Shown piece by piece: positions 22,972-34,661 of a stretch of 64,000 nucleotides of DNA; position 1 is the stretch's first letter; each line of letters begins with the position of its first letter. The notes under the pieces were generated by a model. That model was not told the origin of the DNA, searched no databases, and saw nothing but the letters and a program-made list of their open reading frames with translations. The DNA is taken from assembly GCF_013315695.1 (NCBI RefSeq), contig NZ_CP054353.1; one strand, written 5' to 3'. The DNA comes from Escherichia coli (lineage in GTDB: Bacteria; Pseudomonadota; Gammaproteobacteria; Enterobacterales; Enterobacteriaceae). Made by a program: the position numbers and the translations under genes.

Positions 22972-23006
22972 AGGCCGGGTTTGCTTTTATGCAGCCCGGC
23001 TTTTTT
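22972..23006 (+). terminator. thr operon rho-independent terminator
   Basis: ggccgggtttgcttttatgcagcccggcttttttat hairpin plus T-run after thrC stop. Confidence 0.7.
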
Positions 23007-23163
23007 ATGAAGAAAATATGGAGAAAAACGACAGGGAAAAAGGAGAAATTCTCAATAAATGCGGTAACTTAGAGATTAGGATTGCGGAGAATAACAACTG
23101 CCGTTCTCATCGCGTAATCTCCGGATATCGACCCATAACGGGCAATGATAAAAGGAGTAACCT

Positions 23164-23460
23164 GTGAAAAAGATGCAATCTATCGTAGTCGCACTTTCCC
23201 TGGTTCTGGTCGCTCCCATGGCAGCGCAGGCTGCGGAAATTACGCTAGTCCCGTCAGTAAAATTACAGATAGGCGATCGTGATAATCGTGGCTATTACTG
23301 GGATGGCGGTCACTGGCGCGACCACGGCTGGTGGAAACAACATTATGAATGGCGAGGCAATCGCTGGCACCCACATGGACCGCCGCCATCGCCGCGCCAT
23401 AACAAGCACAATGATCATCGTGGCGATCATCGTCCGGGGCCTGACAAACATCATCGCTAA
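23164..23460 (+). CDS. yaaX: secreted His/Trp/Arg-rich protein YaaX (DUF2502)
   Basis: 98-aa ORF with signal peptide and [23 protein letters not shown] repeats; GTG start. Confidence 0.85.
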   Translation: MKKMQSIVVALSLVLVAPMAAQAAEITLVPSVKLQIGDRDNRGYYWDGGHWRDHGWWKQHYEWRGNRWHPHGPPPSPRHNKHNDHRGDHRPGPDKHHR

Positions 23461-23499
23461 ATATCAATGCCGGATTGCCATCCGGCATTGACTACAAAC

Positions 23500-24276
23500 T
23501 TAACGCTGCTCGTAGCGTTTAAACACCAGTTCGCCATTGCTGGAGGAAGCTTCATCAAAGAAGTAACCTTCGCTATTAAAACCAGTCAGTTGCTCTGGTT
23601 TGGTCAGCCGATTTTCAATAATGAAACGACTCATCAGACCGCGTGCTTTCTTAGCGTAGAAGCTGATGATCTTAAATTTGCCGTTCTTCTCATCGAGGAA
23701 CACTGGCTTGATAATCTCGGCATTCAATTTCTTCGGCTTCACCGATTTAAAATACTCATCTGACGCCAGATTAATCACCACATTATCGCCTTGTGCTGCG
23801 AGCGCCTCGTTCAGCTTGTTGGTGATGATATCTCCCCAGAATTGATACAGATCTTTCCCTCGGGCATTCTCAAGACGGATCCCCATTTCCAGACGATAAG
23901 GCTGCATTAAATCGAGCGGGCGCAGTACGCCATACAAGCCGGAAAGCATTCGCAAATGCTGTTGGGCAAAATCGAAATCGTCTTCGCTGAAGGTTTCGGC
24001 CTGCAAGCCGGTGTAGACATCACCTTTAAATGCCAGAATCGCCTGGCGGGCATTCTCCGGCGTGAAATCTGGCTGCCAGTCATGAAAGCGAGCGGCGTTG
24101 ATACCCGCCAGTTTGTCGCTGATGCGCATCAGGGAGCTAATCTGCGGGGGCGTCAGTTTCCGCGCTTCATGGATCAGCTGCTGGGAGTTGTCTAACAGCT
24201 CCGGCAGCGTATAGCGCGTGGTGGTCAACGGGCTTTGGTAATCAAGCGTTTTCGCAGGTGAAATAAGAATCAGCAT
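23500..24276 (-). CDS. yaaA: peroxide stress protein YaaA (UPF0246)
   Basis: 258-aa [31 protein letters not shown]... Confidence 0.93.
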   Translation of the reverse strand: MLILISPAKTLDYQSPLTTTRYTLPELLDNSQQLIHEARKLTPPQISSLMRISDKLAGINAARFHDWQPDFTPENARQAILAFKGDVYTGLQAETFSEDDFDFAQQHLRMLSGLYGVLRPLDLMQPYRLEMGIRLENARGKDLYQFWGDIITNKLNEALAAQGDNVVINLASDEYFKSVKPKKLNAEIIKPVFLDEKNGKFKIISFYAKKARGLMSRFIIENRLTKPEQLTGFNSEGYFFDEASSSNGELVFKRYEQR

Positions 24277-24345
24277 ATCCAGTCCTTGCAGGAAATTTAT
24301 GCCGACTTTAGCAAAAAAAGAGAATGAGTTGATCGATAGTTGTGA

Positions 24346-25782
24346 TTACTCCTGCGAAACGTCATCCCACGCGTCTGGAGAAAGCTGGCGACCGATCTCC
24401 GGATAACGCAACGGATCAAACACCGGGCGCACGCCGAGTTTACGCTGGCGTAGATAATCACTGGCAATGGTATGAACCACAGGCGAGAGCAGTAATATGG
24501 CGGTCAAATTGGTAATAGCCATGCAGGCCATTATGATATCTGCCAGTTGCCACATCAGCGGAAGACTTAGCAAGGTACCGCCGATGACCGTTGCGAAGGT
24601 GCAGATCCGCAGACACCAGATCGCTTTAGGGTTGTTCAGGCGTAAGAAGAAGAGATTGTTTTCGGCATAAATGTAGTTGGCAACGATGGAGCTGAAGGCA
24701 AACAGAATAACCACGAGGGTAACAAACTCCGCACCCCAGGAACCCATTAACACCCGCATCGCCTTCTGGATAAGCTGAATACCTTCCAGCGGCATGTAGG
24801 TTGTGCCGTTACCCGCCAGTAATATCAGCATGGCGCTTGCCGTACAGATGACCAGGGTGTCGATAAAAATGCCAATCATCTGGACAATTCCTTGCGCTGC
24901 CGGATGCGGAGGCCAGGACGCCGCTGCCGCTGCCGCTGCCGCGTTTGGCGTCGACCCCATTCCTGCCTCATTGGAAAACATACTGCGCTGAAAACCGTTA
25001 GTAATCGCCTGGCTTAAGGTATATCCCGCCGCGCCGCCTGCCGCTTCCTGCCAGCCAAAAGCACTCTCAAAAATAGACCAAATGACGTGGGGAAGTTGCC
25101 CGATATTCATTACGCAAATTACCAGGCTGGTCAGTACCCAGATTATCGCCATCAACGGGACAAACCCCTGCATGAGCCGGGCGACGCCATGAAGACCGCG
25201 AGTGATTGCCAGCAGAGCAAAGACAGCGAGAATAATGCCTGTCACCAGCGGAGGAAAATCAAAAGAAAAACTCAGGGCGCGGGCAACGGCGTTCGCCTGA
25301 ACTCCGCTGAAAATTATGCCGTAAGCGATGAGCAAAAAGAGGGCGAACAGAACGCCCATCCAGCGCATCCCCAGCCCGCGCGCCATATACCATGCCGGTC
25401 CGCCACGAAACTGCCCATTAACGTCACGTTCTTTATAAAGTTGTGCAAGGGAACATTCGGTAAACGAGGTCGCCATGCCGATAAACGCGGCAACCCACAT
25501 CCAGAAGACGGCACCTGGTCCACCGGCGGTAATAGCCAGCGCAACGCCAGCCAGGTTGCCGCTACCCACGCGCGCCGCAAGACTGGTACACAATGACTGA
25601 AATGAGGTTAAACCGCCTGGCTGTGGATGAATGCTATTTTTAAGACTTTTGCCAAACTGGCGGATGTAGCGAAACTGCACAAATCCGGTGCGAAAAGTGA
25701 ACCAACAACCTGCGCCGAAGAGCAGGTAAATCATTACCGATCCCCAAAGGACGCTGTTAATAAAGGAGAAAAAATCTGGCAT
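24346..25782 (-). CDS. yaaJ: alanine/glycine:cation symporter-family transporter YaaJ
   Basis: 478-aa multi-TM ORF; contains an 8-residue Ala tract (NAAAAAAAASWPPHP) encoded by a GCN repeat at about 24918-24941. Confidence 0.9.
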   Translation of the reverse strand: MPDFFSFINSVLWGSVMIYLLFGAGCWFTFRTGFVQFRYIRQFGKSLKNSIHPQPGGLTSFQSLCTSLAARVGSGNLAGVALAITAGGPGAVFWMWVAAFIGMATSFTECSLAQLYKERDVNGQFRGGPAWYMARGLGMRWMGVLFALFLLIAYGIIFSGVQANAVARALSFSFDFPPLVTGIILAVFALLAITRGLHGVARLMQGFVPLMAIIWVLTSLVICVMNIGQLPHVIWSIFESAFGWQEAAGGAAGYTLSQAITNGFQRSMFSNEAGMGSTPNAAAAAAAASWPPHPAAQGIVQMIGIFIDTLVICTASAMLILLAGNGTTYMPLEGIQLIQKAMRVLMGSWGAEFVTLVVILFAFSSIVANYIYAENNLFFLRLNNPKAIWCLRICTFATVIGGTLLSLPLMWQLADIIMACMAITNLTAILLLSPVVHTIASDYLRQRKLGVRPVFDPLRYPEIGRQLSPDAWDDVSQE

Positions 25783-26060
25783 GCATATCCCTCTTATTGC
25801 CGGTCGCGATGACTTTCCTGTGTAAACGTTACCAATTGTTTAAGAAGTATATACGCTACGAGGTACTTGATAACTTCTGCGTAGCATACATGAGGTTTTG
25901 TATAAAAATGGCGGGCGATATCAACGCAGTGTCAGAAATCCGAAACAGTCTCGCCTGGCGATAACCGTCTTGTCGGCGGTTGCGCTGACGTTGCGTCGTG
26001 ATATCATCAGGGCAGACCGGTTACATCCCCCTAACAAGCTGTTTAAAGAGAAATACTATC

Positions 26061-27014
26061 ATGACGGACAAATTGACCTCCCTTCGTCAGTACACCACCG
26101 TAGTGGCCGACACTGGGGACATCGCGGCAATGAAGCTGTATCAACCGCAGGATGCCACAACCAACCCTTCTCTCATTCTTAACGCAGCGCAGATTCCGGA
26201 ATACCGTAAGTTGATTGATGATGCTGTCGCCTGGGCGAAACAGCAGAGCAACGATCGCGCGCAGCAGATCGTGGACGCGACCGACAAACTGGCAGTAAAT
26301 ATTGGTCTGGAAATCCTGAAACTGGTTCCGGGCCGTATCTCAACTGAAGTTGATGCGCGTCTTTCCTATGACACCGAAGCGTCAATTGCGAAAGCAAAAC
26401 GCCTGATCAAACTCTACAACGATGCAGGTATTAGCAACGATCGTATTCTGATCAAACTGGCTTCTACCTGGCAGGGTATCCGTGCTGCAGAACAGCTGGA
26501 AAAAGAAGGTATCAACTGTAACCTGACCCTGCTGTTCTCTTTCGCTCAGGCTCGTGCTTGTGCGGAAGCAGGCGTGTTCCTGATCTCGCCATTTGTTGGC
26601 CGTATTCTTGACTGGTACAAAGCGAATACTGATAAGAAAGAGTACGCTCCGGCAGAAGATCCGGGCGTGGTTTCTGTATCTGAAATCTACCAGTACTACA
26701 AAGAGCACGGTTATGAAACCGTGGTGATGGGCGCAAGCTTCCGTAACATCGGCGAAATTCTGGAACTGGCAGGCTGCGACCGTCTGACCATCGCACCGGC
26801 ACTGCTGAAAGAGCTGGCGGAGAGCGAAGGGGCTATCGAACGTAAACTGTCTTACACCGGCGAAGTGAAAGCGCGTCCGGCGCGTATCACTGAGTCCGAG
26901 TTCCTGTGGCAGCACAACCAGGATCCAATGGCAGTAGATAAACTGGCGGAAGGTATCCGTAAGTTTGCTGTTGACCAGGAAAAACTGGAAAAAATGATCG
27001 GCGATCTGCTGTAA
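26061..27014 (+). CDS. talB: transaldolase B
   Basis: ORF track 25998..27014; ATG 26061 ([40 protein letters not shown]...), 317 aa. Confidence 0.97.
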
Positions 27015-27128
27015 TCATTCTTAGCGTGACCGGGAAGTCGGTCACGCTACCTCTTCTGAAGCCTGTCTGTCACTCCCTTCGCAGTGTATCATTCTGTTTA
27101 ACGAGACTGTTTAAACGGAAAAATCTTG

Positions 27129-27716
27129 ATGAATACTTTACGTATTGGCTTAGTTTCCATCTCTGATCGCGCATCCAGCGGCGTTTATCAGGATAAAGGC
27201 ATCCCTGCGCTGGAAGAATGGCTGACATCGGCGCTAACCACGCCGTTTGAACTGGAAACCCGCTTAATCCCCGATGAGCAGGCGATCATCGAGCAAACGT
27301 TGTGTGAGCTGGTGGATGAAATGAGTTGCCATCTGGTGCTCACCACGGGCGGAACTGGCCCGGCGCGTCGTGACGTAACGCCCGATGCGACGCTGGCAGT
27401 AGCGGACCGCGAGATGCCAGGCTTTGGTGAACAGATGCGCCAGATCAGCCTGCATTTTGTACCAACTGCGATCCTTTCGCGTCAGGTGGGTGTGATTCGC
27501 AAACAGGCGCTGATCCTTAACTTACCCGGTCAGCCGAAGTCGATTAAAGAGACGCTGGAAGGTGTAAAGGACGCTGAGGGTAACGTTGTGGTGCACGGTA
27601 TTTTTGCCAGCGTACCGTACTGCATTCAGTTGCTGGAAGGGCCATACGTTGAAACGGCACCGGAAGTGGTTGCTGCATTCAGACCGAAGAGTGCAAGACG
27701 CGAAGTTAGCGAATAA
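27129..27716 (+). CDS. mog: molybdopterin adenylyltransferase Mog
   Basis: 195-aa ORF MNTLRIGLVSISDRASSGVYQDKGIPALEEWL... Confidence 0.95.
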   Translation: MNTLRIGLVSISDRASSGVYQDKGIPALEEWLTSALTTPFELETRLIPDEQAIIEQTLCELVDEMSCHLVLTTGGTGPARRDVTPDATLAVADREMPGFGEQMRQISLHFVPTAILSRQVGVIRKQALILNLPGQPKSIKETLEGVKDAEGNVVVHGIFASVPYCIQLLEGPYVETAPEVVAAFRPKSARREVSE

Positions 27717-27736
27717 AAAAATCCCCCCGGGCGGGG

Positions 27737-29162
27737 TAATGCCAGTCAGTTAAGCAACTGACTGGCTCTTTTTCGGGGCTGTGGGGTATTTCCAGGGCCT
27801 CTCCTTTACCACTCTCGGGAAGGCCCTTTCCCTTCTTGTCGGTAATTTCACAAGTTGTCCCATACTTGCAAGATCGCGCATCAGCTCCGGTATACGTCCC
27901 GGTGAAGCGCCCTGCAATGTCATCAGCATTCTCATCACCATTCCGCATGATTCTGAGAAACTCAGTTGATTCGGCCAGTAACCTTTCAGATGTTCCGCCA
28001 TTTTAATCATCTGATATCTCACCAGATTATAAGCCAGTAAGACACCCCACAGCTCTTGCTCCACAAGCTCCGGTTTTTTACTTCTCAGCGTCAGCCTGCT
28101 CAGTTGCATCGTCTGTTTTATCTCCCTGTATCCCAGTTCGATTTCCCAGCGATGACTGTACAGATCCGCCATTTCTCCTCCGGGGAAGCGCATGGCGTCC
28201 GTCATCGACGTCAGCAGATGGCAGACTTTTCCTTTGCGCGTCACGGTCAGCAGGCGGGCTGTCACTTCATTTCCCAGTCCCGGCCACTTTTTTCGTGCCT
28301 GCGGGCTGGTTTTCAGCTTCACCAGATGATCGCCTTTACCCAGTTTTCTGATCTCTTCATATTGCGCTCCCTTTCTGAGAGGTATCATCCAGTGGCGGTG
28401 TTCTCCCGCCAGGCTCCAGGCATTTAACAGTCCCAGTGAGTAATAACCTTTATCCATTAACGTCAGAGTGTTATCGCCGGTTTGTTCTATAAGTTGCTCA
28501 GCAAGCTCATTTTCGCTGTTCTTCATCGTGCCGAAGGCTGCAGCCGTCAGCAGATGGCTGGTCAGTTCCATCTGGCAGACCATTTTGACCTGCGGGTAGA
28601 GCGCCGGGTTCCCGGCATGTGTCTGGCGGGGGAAGGCTGCATCGTTCTCTGGTGTATCCGGTGTGCGCCAGAACACACCATCGATGGCCAGCAGGGTCAG
28701 GCCGCACCAGTGCGGATGCGGCGTGGCGTTATGCCAGAGCTGCGCTGTTTTCGTGAACACGCGGCGGACAGCCTCACTTCCCAGGCGCTGGCGGGCCTGA
28801 ATAACGGCACTGGGGGCAACGAAGGGGCGATTGCCCGGCAGCATGATGTCCAGGCGATTCACAATCTGGTGAAGAGGTTCTTTACGCTCAAGCGCCATGC
28901 CAACAATACACCAGACCATCATTTCGAGGGGAAGACGGCGCTTGCGTAGCGTTACAGTACCTGATTCGGCAAGGCAACGAGAGATGAGTTCGGGGTCGAG
29001 GTAATCCCCCAGAGAAGTCAGTGGGTTACGCAGAGAATCGTAACGGGATACCAGATCAAGAGCCTGTCCAATGTGCATAAAAAAATCCGGAAACAAGTGA
29101 GCGTTTCCGGATTCTTACACAGCCACTGGATCGGTCAACTGATCCTTAACTGATCGGCATTA
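27737..29162 (-). mobile_element. insertion sequence IS4 (1426 bp), complete, flanked by 12-bp direct repeats ccccgggcgggg
   Basis: Imperfect terminal inverted repeats taatgccagtcagttaag (left) / cttaactgatcggcatta (right); internal 442-aa IS4 transposase; identical 12-mer ccccgggcgggg at 27725-27736 and 29163-29174. Confidence 0.92.
27750..29078 (-). CDS. insG: IS4 transposase InsG
   Basis: ORF track 27750..29096; start at ATG 29078 ([34 protein letters not shown]...), 442 aa, recognised as IS4 transposase. Confidence 0.92.
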   Translation of the reverse strand: MHIGQALDLVSRYDSLRNPLTSLGDYLDPELISRCLAESGTVTLRKRRLPLEMMVWCIVGMALERKEPLHQIVNRLDIMLPGNRPFVAPSAVIQARQRLGSEAVRRVFTKTAQLWHNATPHPHWCGLTLLAIDGVFWRTPDTPENDAAFPRQTHAGNPALYPQVKMVCQMELTSHLLTAAAFGTMKNSENELAEQLIEQTGDNTLTLMDKGYYSLGLLNAWSLAGEHRHWMIPLRKGAQYEEIRKLGKGDHLVKLKTSPQARKKWPGLGNEVTARLLTVTRKGKVCHLLTSMTDAMRFPGGEMADLYSHRWEIELGYREIKQTMQLSRLTLRSKKPELVEQELWGVLLAYNLVRYQMIKMAEHLKGYWPNQLSFSESCGMVMRMLMTLQGASPGRIPELMRDLASMGQLVKLPTRRERAFPRVVKERPWKYPTAPKKSQSVA

Positions 29163-29188
29163 CCCCGGGCGGGGGGATCTCAAAACAA

Positions 29189-29755
29189 TTAGTGCGATTC
29201 ATCAATCGGCAGAACGGTGCGACCAAACTGCTCGTTCAGCACTTCACCCATCGCCAGATAGATTGCGCTGGCACCGCAGATCAGACCAATCCAGCCGGCA
29301 AAGTGGATGATCGCGGCATTACCGACAATGTTACCGATCGCCAGCAGGGCAAACAGCACGGTCAGGCTAAAGAAAACGAATTGCAGAACGCGTGCGCCTT
29401 TCAGCGTGCCGAAGAACATAAACAGCGTAAATACGCCCCACAGACCCAGGTAGACACCAAGGAACTGTGCATTTGGCGCATCGGTCAGACCCAGTTTCGG
29501 CATCAGCAGAATCGCAACCAGCGTCAGCCAGAAAGAACCGTAAGAGGTGAATGCGGTTAAACCGAAAGTGTTGCCTTTTTTGTACTCCAGCAGACCAGCA
29601 AAAATTTGCGCGATGCCGCCGTAGAAAATGCCCATTGCAAGAATAATACCGTCAAGAGCGAAATAACCCACGTTGTGCAGGTTAAGCAGAATGGTGGTCA
29701 TGCCGAAGCCCATCAAGCCCAGCGGTGCCGGATTAGCCAACTTAGTGTTGCCCAT
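29189..29755 (-). CDS. satP: succinate-acetate/proton symporter SatP (YaaH)
   Basis: 188-aa 6-TM ORF MGNTKLANPAPLGLMGFGMTTILLNLHNVGYF... Confidence 0.95.
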   Translation of the reverse strand: MGNTKLANPAPLGLMGFGMTTILLNLHNVGYFALDGIILAMGIFYGGIAQIFAGLLEYKKGNTFGLTAFTSYGSFWLTLVAILLMPKLGLTDAPNAQFLGVYLGLWGVFTLFMFFGTLKGARVLQFVFFSLTVLFALLAIGNIVGNAAIIHFAGWIGLICGASAIYLAMGEVLNEQFGRTVLPIDESH

Positions 29756-29903
29756 AATTCCTCAAAAATCATCATCGAATGAATGGTGAAATAATTTCCC
29801 TGAATAACTGTAGTGTTTTCAGGGCGCGGCATAATAATCAGCCAGTGGGGCAGTGTCTACGATCTTTTGAAGGGAAAATGAAAATTTTCCCCGGTTTCCG
29901 GTA

Positions 29904-30617
29904 TCAGACCTGAGTGGCACTAACCATCCGGCGCAGGCAGGCGATTTGCAGTACGGCTGGAATCGTCACGCGATAGGCGCTGCCGCTGACCGCTTTAACC
30001 CCATTTAGTGCCGCGCCTACAGGGCCTCCCAGCCCCGCGCCGCGAAGCAAACCATGCCCAAGTACGCTCATTGCTGCGTGGGTGCGTAAAATGCGGGTCA
30101 ATTGGCTGGAAAGCAAATGCGACACGCCTTTTGCCAATAATTTGTCTTTCATCAGCAGCGGCAGCAGCTCTTCCAGCTCATTCACCCTGGCATCGACCGC
30201 GTGCAGAAACTCCTGCTTATGTTCCTCGTCCATTTTCTTCCAGGTATTACGCAGAAATTGTTCCAGTAACTGTTGCTCAATTTCAAACGTAGACATCTCT
30301 TTGTCGGCTTTCAGCTTCAATCGTTTTGAAACATCGAGCAAAATGGCCCGATACAATTTACCGTGTCCGCGCAGTTTGTTGGCGATACTATCGCCACCAA
30401 AATGTTGTAATTCTCCGGCAATCAGCTGCCAGTTGCGGCGGTGTTGCTCGGGATGTCCTTCCATCGATTTAAACAGTTCGTTGCGCATCAGTACGCTGGA
30501 GAGGCGAGTTTTGCCTTTTTCATTATGAGTGAGCAGCCGGGCGAAATTTGCCAATTGTTCCTCACTACAATGCTGGAGAAAATCCAGATCTGAATCATTC
30601 AGGTAATTAACATTCAT
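29904..30617 (-). CDS. yaaW: UPF0174 protein YaaW
   Basis: 237-aa ORF MNVNYLNDSDLDFLQHCSEEQLANFARLLTHNEKGKTRLSS... Confidence 0.9.
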   Translation of the reverse strand: MNVNYLNDSDLDFLQHCSEEQLANFARLLTHNEKGKTRLSSVLMRNELFKSMEGHPEQHRRNWQLIAGELQHFGGDSIANKLRGHGKLYRAILLDVSKRLKLKADKEMSTFEIEQQLLEQFLRNTWKKMDEEHKQEFLHAVDARVNELEELLPLLMKDKLLAKGVSHLLSSQLTRILRTHAAMSVLGHGLLRGAGLGGPVGAALNGVKAVSGSAYRVTIPAVLQIACLRRMVSATQV

Positions 30618-30642
30618 TTTTTGTGGCTTCTATATTCTGGCG

Positions 30643-31047
30643 TTAGTCGTCGCCGATAATTTTCAGCGTGGCCATATCCGATGAGTTCACCGTATGACCG
30701 GAAAAGGTGATTTTTGAGACGCAGCGTTTATTGTTGTTATCGCTGTTAATGTTGATCCAGTCAGTGGTTTGCCCTTCTTTTATTTCTGAAGGAATATTCA
30801 GACTCTGACTGGCGCTACGGGCGGCTTTGAAATAAACCGATGCACCACTTAACTGTAAATCGCCATGGTCGGCAGTGAGTTGAATACGTTTAACAATGCG
30901 ACAAACAGGAAGTTTCAGCGCCAGATCGTTGGTTTCGTTACGCGGCATCGCAATGACGCCGAGGATTTTATGGTTGTTTGCCTGCGCCGTGCAGCACAGC
31001 AGCAGGCTAATCGCCAGGCTGGCGGAAAGCGTAAAAACGGATTTCAT
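30643..31047 (-). CDS. yaaI: DUF2541 periplasmic protein YaaI
   Basis: 134-aa ORF with signal peptide [23 protein letters not shown]. Confidence 0.9.
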   Translation of the reverse strand: MKSVFTLSASLAISLLLCCTAQANNHKILGVIAMPRNETNDLALKLPVCRIVKRIQLTADHGDLQLSGASVYFKAARSASQSLNIPSEIKEGQTTDWININSDNNNKRCVSKITFSGHTVNSSDMATLKIIGDD

Positions 31048-31265
31048 AAGTATTCTCTTAGTGGGGAGAGGTAGGGGATGAATACCCGCTAGTTTACTGC
31101 TGATAAAGAGAAGATTCAGGTACGTAATATTTTCTTTTTATTACAATTTTTCTATGAATGTCTTGGCTGTCATTCATTCTCTATATGAATAAAATTGCTG
31201 TCAGTTTCATGTCTTGTCCTGCCATATCGCGAAATTTCTGCGCAAAAGCACAAAAAATTTTTGCA

Positions 31266-31301
31266 TCTCCCCCTTGATGACGTGGGTTACGACCCCATTT
31301 A
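31266..31301 (+). promoter_or_regulatory. sigma-32 heat-shock promoter (dnaK P1)
   Basis: tctcccccttgatga ... gaccccatttag matches the sigma-32 -35 (CCCTTGAA) and -10 (CCCCATnT) consensus. Confidence 0.7.
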
Positions 31302-31348
31302 GTAGTCAACCGCAGTGAGTGAGTCTGCAAAAAAATGAAATTGGGCAG

Positions 31349-31376
31349 TTGAAACCAGACGTTTCGCCCCTATTAC
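31349..31376 (+). promoter_or_regulatory. sigma-32 heat-shock promoter (dnaK P2)
   Basis: ttgaaa ... cccctatta with sigma-32-like spacing, about 50 bp upstream of the dnaK ATG. Confidence 0.6.
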
Positions 31377-31422
31377 AGACTCACAACCACATGATGACCG
31401 AATATATAGTGGAGACGTTTAG

Positions 31423-33339
31423 ATGGGTAAAATAATTGGTATCGACCTGGGTACTACCAACTCTTGTGTAGCGATTATGGATGGCACCACTCCTCGTGTA
31501 CTGGAGAACGCCGAAGGCGATCGCACCACGCCTTCTATCATTGCCTATACCCAGGATGGTGAAACTCTGGTTGGTCAGCCGGCTAAACGTCAGGCAGTGA
31601 CGAACCCGCAAAACACCCTGTTTGCGATTAAACGCCTGATTGGCCGCCGCTTCCAGGACGAAGAAGTACAGCGTGATGTTTCCATCATGCCGTTCAAAAT
31701 TATTGCTGCTGATAACGGCGACGCATGGGTCGAAGTTAAAGGCCAGAAAATGGCACCGCCGCAGATCTCTGCTGAAGTGCTGAAAAAAATGAAGAAAACC
31801 GCTGAAGATTACCTGGGTGAACCGGTAACTGAAGCTGTTATCACCGTACCGGCATACTTTAACGATGCTCAGCGTCAGGCAACCAAAGACGCAGGCCGTA
31901 TCGCTGGTCTGGAAGTAAAACGTATCATCAACGAACCGACCGCAGCTGCGCTGGCTTACGGTCTGGACAAAGGTACTGGCAACCGTACTATCGCGGTTTA
32001 TGACCTGGGTGGTGGTACTTTCGATATTTCTATTATCGAAATCGACGAAGTTGACGGCGAAAAAACCTTCGAAGTTCTGGCAACCAACGGTGATACCCAC
32101 CTGGGGGGTGAAGACTTCGACAGCCGTCTGATCAACTACCTGGTTGAAGAATTCAAGAAAGATCAGGGCATTGACCTGCGCAACGATCCGCTGGCAATGC
32201 AGCGCCTGAAAGAAGCGGCAGAAAAAGCGAAAATCGAACTGTCTTCCGCTCAGCAGACCGACGTTAACCTGCCGTACATCACTGCAGACGCGACCGGTCC
32301 GAAACACATGAACATCAAAGTGACTCGTGCGAAACTGGAAAGCCTGGTTGAAGATCTGGTAAACCGTTCCATTGAGCCGCTGAAAGTTGCACTGCAGGAC
32401 GCTGGCCTGTCCGTATCTGATATCGACGACGTTATCCTCGTTGGTGGTCAGACTCGTATGCCAATGGTTCAGAAGAAAGTTGCTGAATTCTTTGGTAAAG
32501 AGCCGCGTAAAGACGTTAACCCGGACGAAGCTGTAGCAATCGGTGCTGCTGTTCAGGGTGGTGTTCTGACTGGTGACGTGAAAGACGTACTGCTGCTGGA
32601 CGTTACCCCGCTGTCTCTGGGTATCGAAACCATGGGCGGTGTGATGACGACGCTGATCGCGAAAAACACCACTATCCCGACCAAGCACAGCCAGGTGTTC
32701 TCTACCGCTGAAGACAACCAGTCTGCGGTAACCATCCACGTGCTGCAGGGTGAACGTAAACGTGCGGCTGATAACAAATCTCTGGGTCAGTTCAACCTGG
32801 ATGGTATCAACCCGGCACCGCGCGGCATGCCGCAGATCGAAGTTACCTTCGATATCGATGCTGACGGTATCCTGCACGTTTCCGCGAAAGATAAAAACAG
32901 CGGTAAAGAGCAGAAGATCACCATCAAGGCTTCTTCTGGTCTGAACGAAGATGAAATCCAGAAAATGGTACGCGACGCAGAAGCTAACGCCGAAGCTGAC
33001 CGTAAGTTTGAAGAGCTGGTACAGACTCGCAACCAGGGCGACCATCTGCTGCACAGCACCCGTAAGCAGGTTGAAGAAGCGGGCGACAAACTGCCGGCTG
33101 ACGACAAAACTGCTATCGAGTCTGCACTGACTGCACTGGAAACTGCTCTGAAAGGTGAAGACAAAGCCGCTATCGAAGCGAAAATGCAGGAACTGGCACA
33201 GGTTTCCCAGAAACTGATGGAAATCGCCCAGCAGCAACATGCCCAGCAGCAGACTGCCGGTGCTGATGCTTCTGCAAACAACGCGAAAGATGACGATGTT
33301 GTCGACGCTGAATTTGAAGAAGTCAAAGACAAAAAATAA
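31423..33339 (+). CDS. dnaK: molecular chaperone DnaK (Hsp70)
   Basis: 638-aa [45 protein letters not shown]... Confidence 0.99.
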
Positions 33340-33427
33340 TCGCCCTATAAACGGGTAATTATACTGACACGGGCGAAGGGGAATTTCCTCTCCGCCCGTG
33401 CATTCATCTAGGGGCAATTTAAAAAAG

Positions 33428-34558
33428 ATGGCTAAGCAAGATTATTACGAGATTTTAGGCGTTTCCAGAACAGCGGAAGAGCGTGAAATCAAAAAGGCCT
33501 ACAAACGCCTGGCCATGAAATACCACCCGGACCGTAACCAGGGTGACAAAGAGGCCGAGGCGAAATTTAAAGAGATCAAGGAAGCTTATGAAGTTCTGAC
33601 CGACTCGCAAAAACGTGCGGCATACGATCAGTATGGTCATGCTGCGTTTGAGCAAGGCGGCATGGGCGGCGGCGGTTTTGGCGGCGGCGCAGACTTCAGC
33701 GATATTTTTGGTGACGTTTTCGGCGATATTTTTGGCGGCGGACGTGGTCGTCAACGTGCGGCGCGCGGTGCTGATTTACGCTATAACATGGAGCTCACCC
33801 TCGAAGAAGCTGTACGTGGCGTGACCAAAGAGATCCGCATTCCGACTCTGGAAGAGTGTGACGTTTGCCACGGTAGCGGTGCAAAACCAGGTACACAGCC
33901 GCAGACCTGTCCGACCTGTCATGGTTCTGGTCAGGTGCAGATGCGCCAGGGTTTCTTTGCCGTGCAGCAGACCTGTCCACACTGTCAGGGCCGCGGTACG
34001 CTGATCAAAGATCCGTGCAACAAATGTCATGGTCATGGTCGTGTTGAGCGCAGCAAAACGCTGTCCGTTAAAATCCCGGCAGGGGTGGACACTGGAGACC
34101 GCATCCGTCTTGCGGGCGAAGGTGAAGCGGGCGAGCATGGCGCACCGGCAGGCGATCTGTACGTTCAGGTTCAGGTTAAACAGCACCCGATTTTCGAGCG
34201 TGAAGGCAACAACCTCTATTGCGAAGTCCCGATCAACTTCGCTATGGCGGCGCTGGGTGGCGAAATCGAAGTACCGACCCTTGATGGTCGCGTCAAACTG
34301 AAAGTGCCTGGCGAAACCCAGACCGGTAAGCTGTTCCGTATGCGCGGTAAAGGCGTCAAGTCTGTCCGCGGTGGCGCACAGGGTGATTTGCTGTGCCGCG
34401 TTGTCGTCGAAACACCGGTAGGCCTGAACGAGAAGCAGAAACAGCTGCTGCAAGAGCTGCAGGAAAGCTTCGGTGGCCCAACCGGCGAGCACAACAGCCC
34501 GCGTTCAAAGAGCTTCTTTGATGGTGTGAAGAAGTTTTTTGACGACCTGACTCGCTAA
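33428..34558 (+). CDS. dnaJ: co-chaperone DnaJ (Hsp40)
   Basis: ORF track 33398..34558; ATG 33428 ([12 protein letters not shown]...), J-domain HPD motif, G/F-rich region, four CxxCxGxG zinc-finger repeats; 376 aa. Confidence 0.98.
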   Translation: MAKQDYYEILGVSRTAEEREIKKAYKRLAMKYHPDRNQGDKEAEAKFKEIKEAYEVLTDSQKRAAYDQYGHAAFEQGGMGGGGFGGGADFSDIFGDVFGDIFGGGRGRQRAARGADLRYNMELTLEEAVRGVTKEIRIPTLEECDVCHGSGAKPGTQPQTCPTCHGSGQVQMRQGFFAVQQTCPHCQGRGTLIKDPCNKCHGHGRVERSKTLSVKIPAGVDTGDRIRLAGEGEAGEHGAPAGDLYVQVQVKQHPIFEREGNNLYCEVPINFAMAALGGEIEVPTLDGRVKLKVPGETQTGKLFRMRGKGVKSVRGGAQGDLLCRVVVETPVGLNEKQKQLLQELQESFGGPTGEHNSPRSKSFFDGVKKFFDDLTR

Positions 34559-34661
34559 CCTCCCCAAAAGCCTGCCCGTGGGCAGGCCAGGGTAAAAATA
34601 GGGTGCGTTGAAGATATGCGAGCACCTGTAAAGTGGCGGGGATCACTCCCCGCCGTTGCTC

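Noticed and set aside
25087-25596. 169-aa plus-strand ORF inside yaaJ
   Set aside because: Antisense to a confident transporter gene; Arg/His-rich low-complexity translation.
30082-30528. Plus-strand ORF embedded antisense within yaaW (historical htgA/mbiA annotation)
   Set aside because: I recognise that an overlapping gene has been proposed here in K-12, but from sequence alone there is no strong start or RBS and it is completely contained in yaaW; not reported as a confident CDS.
31381-33417. 678-codon ORF antisense to dnaK
   Set aside because: Fully embedded antisense to a highly expressed, strongly codon-biased gene; long stop-free antisense frames in hsp70 genes are a known compositional artefact; no RBS or recognisable domain.
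33776-34492. 238-aa ORF antisense to dnaJ
   Set aside because: Antisense artefact within a GC3-biased gene.
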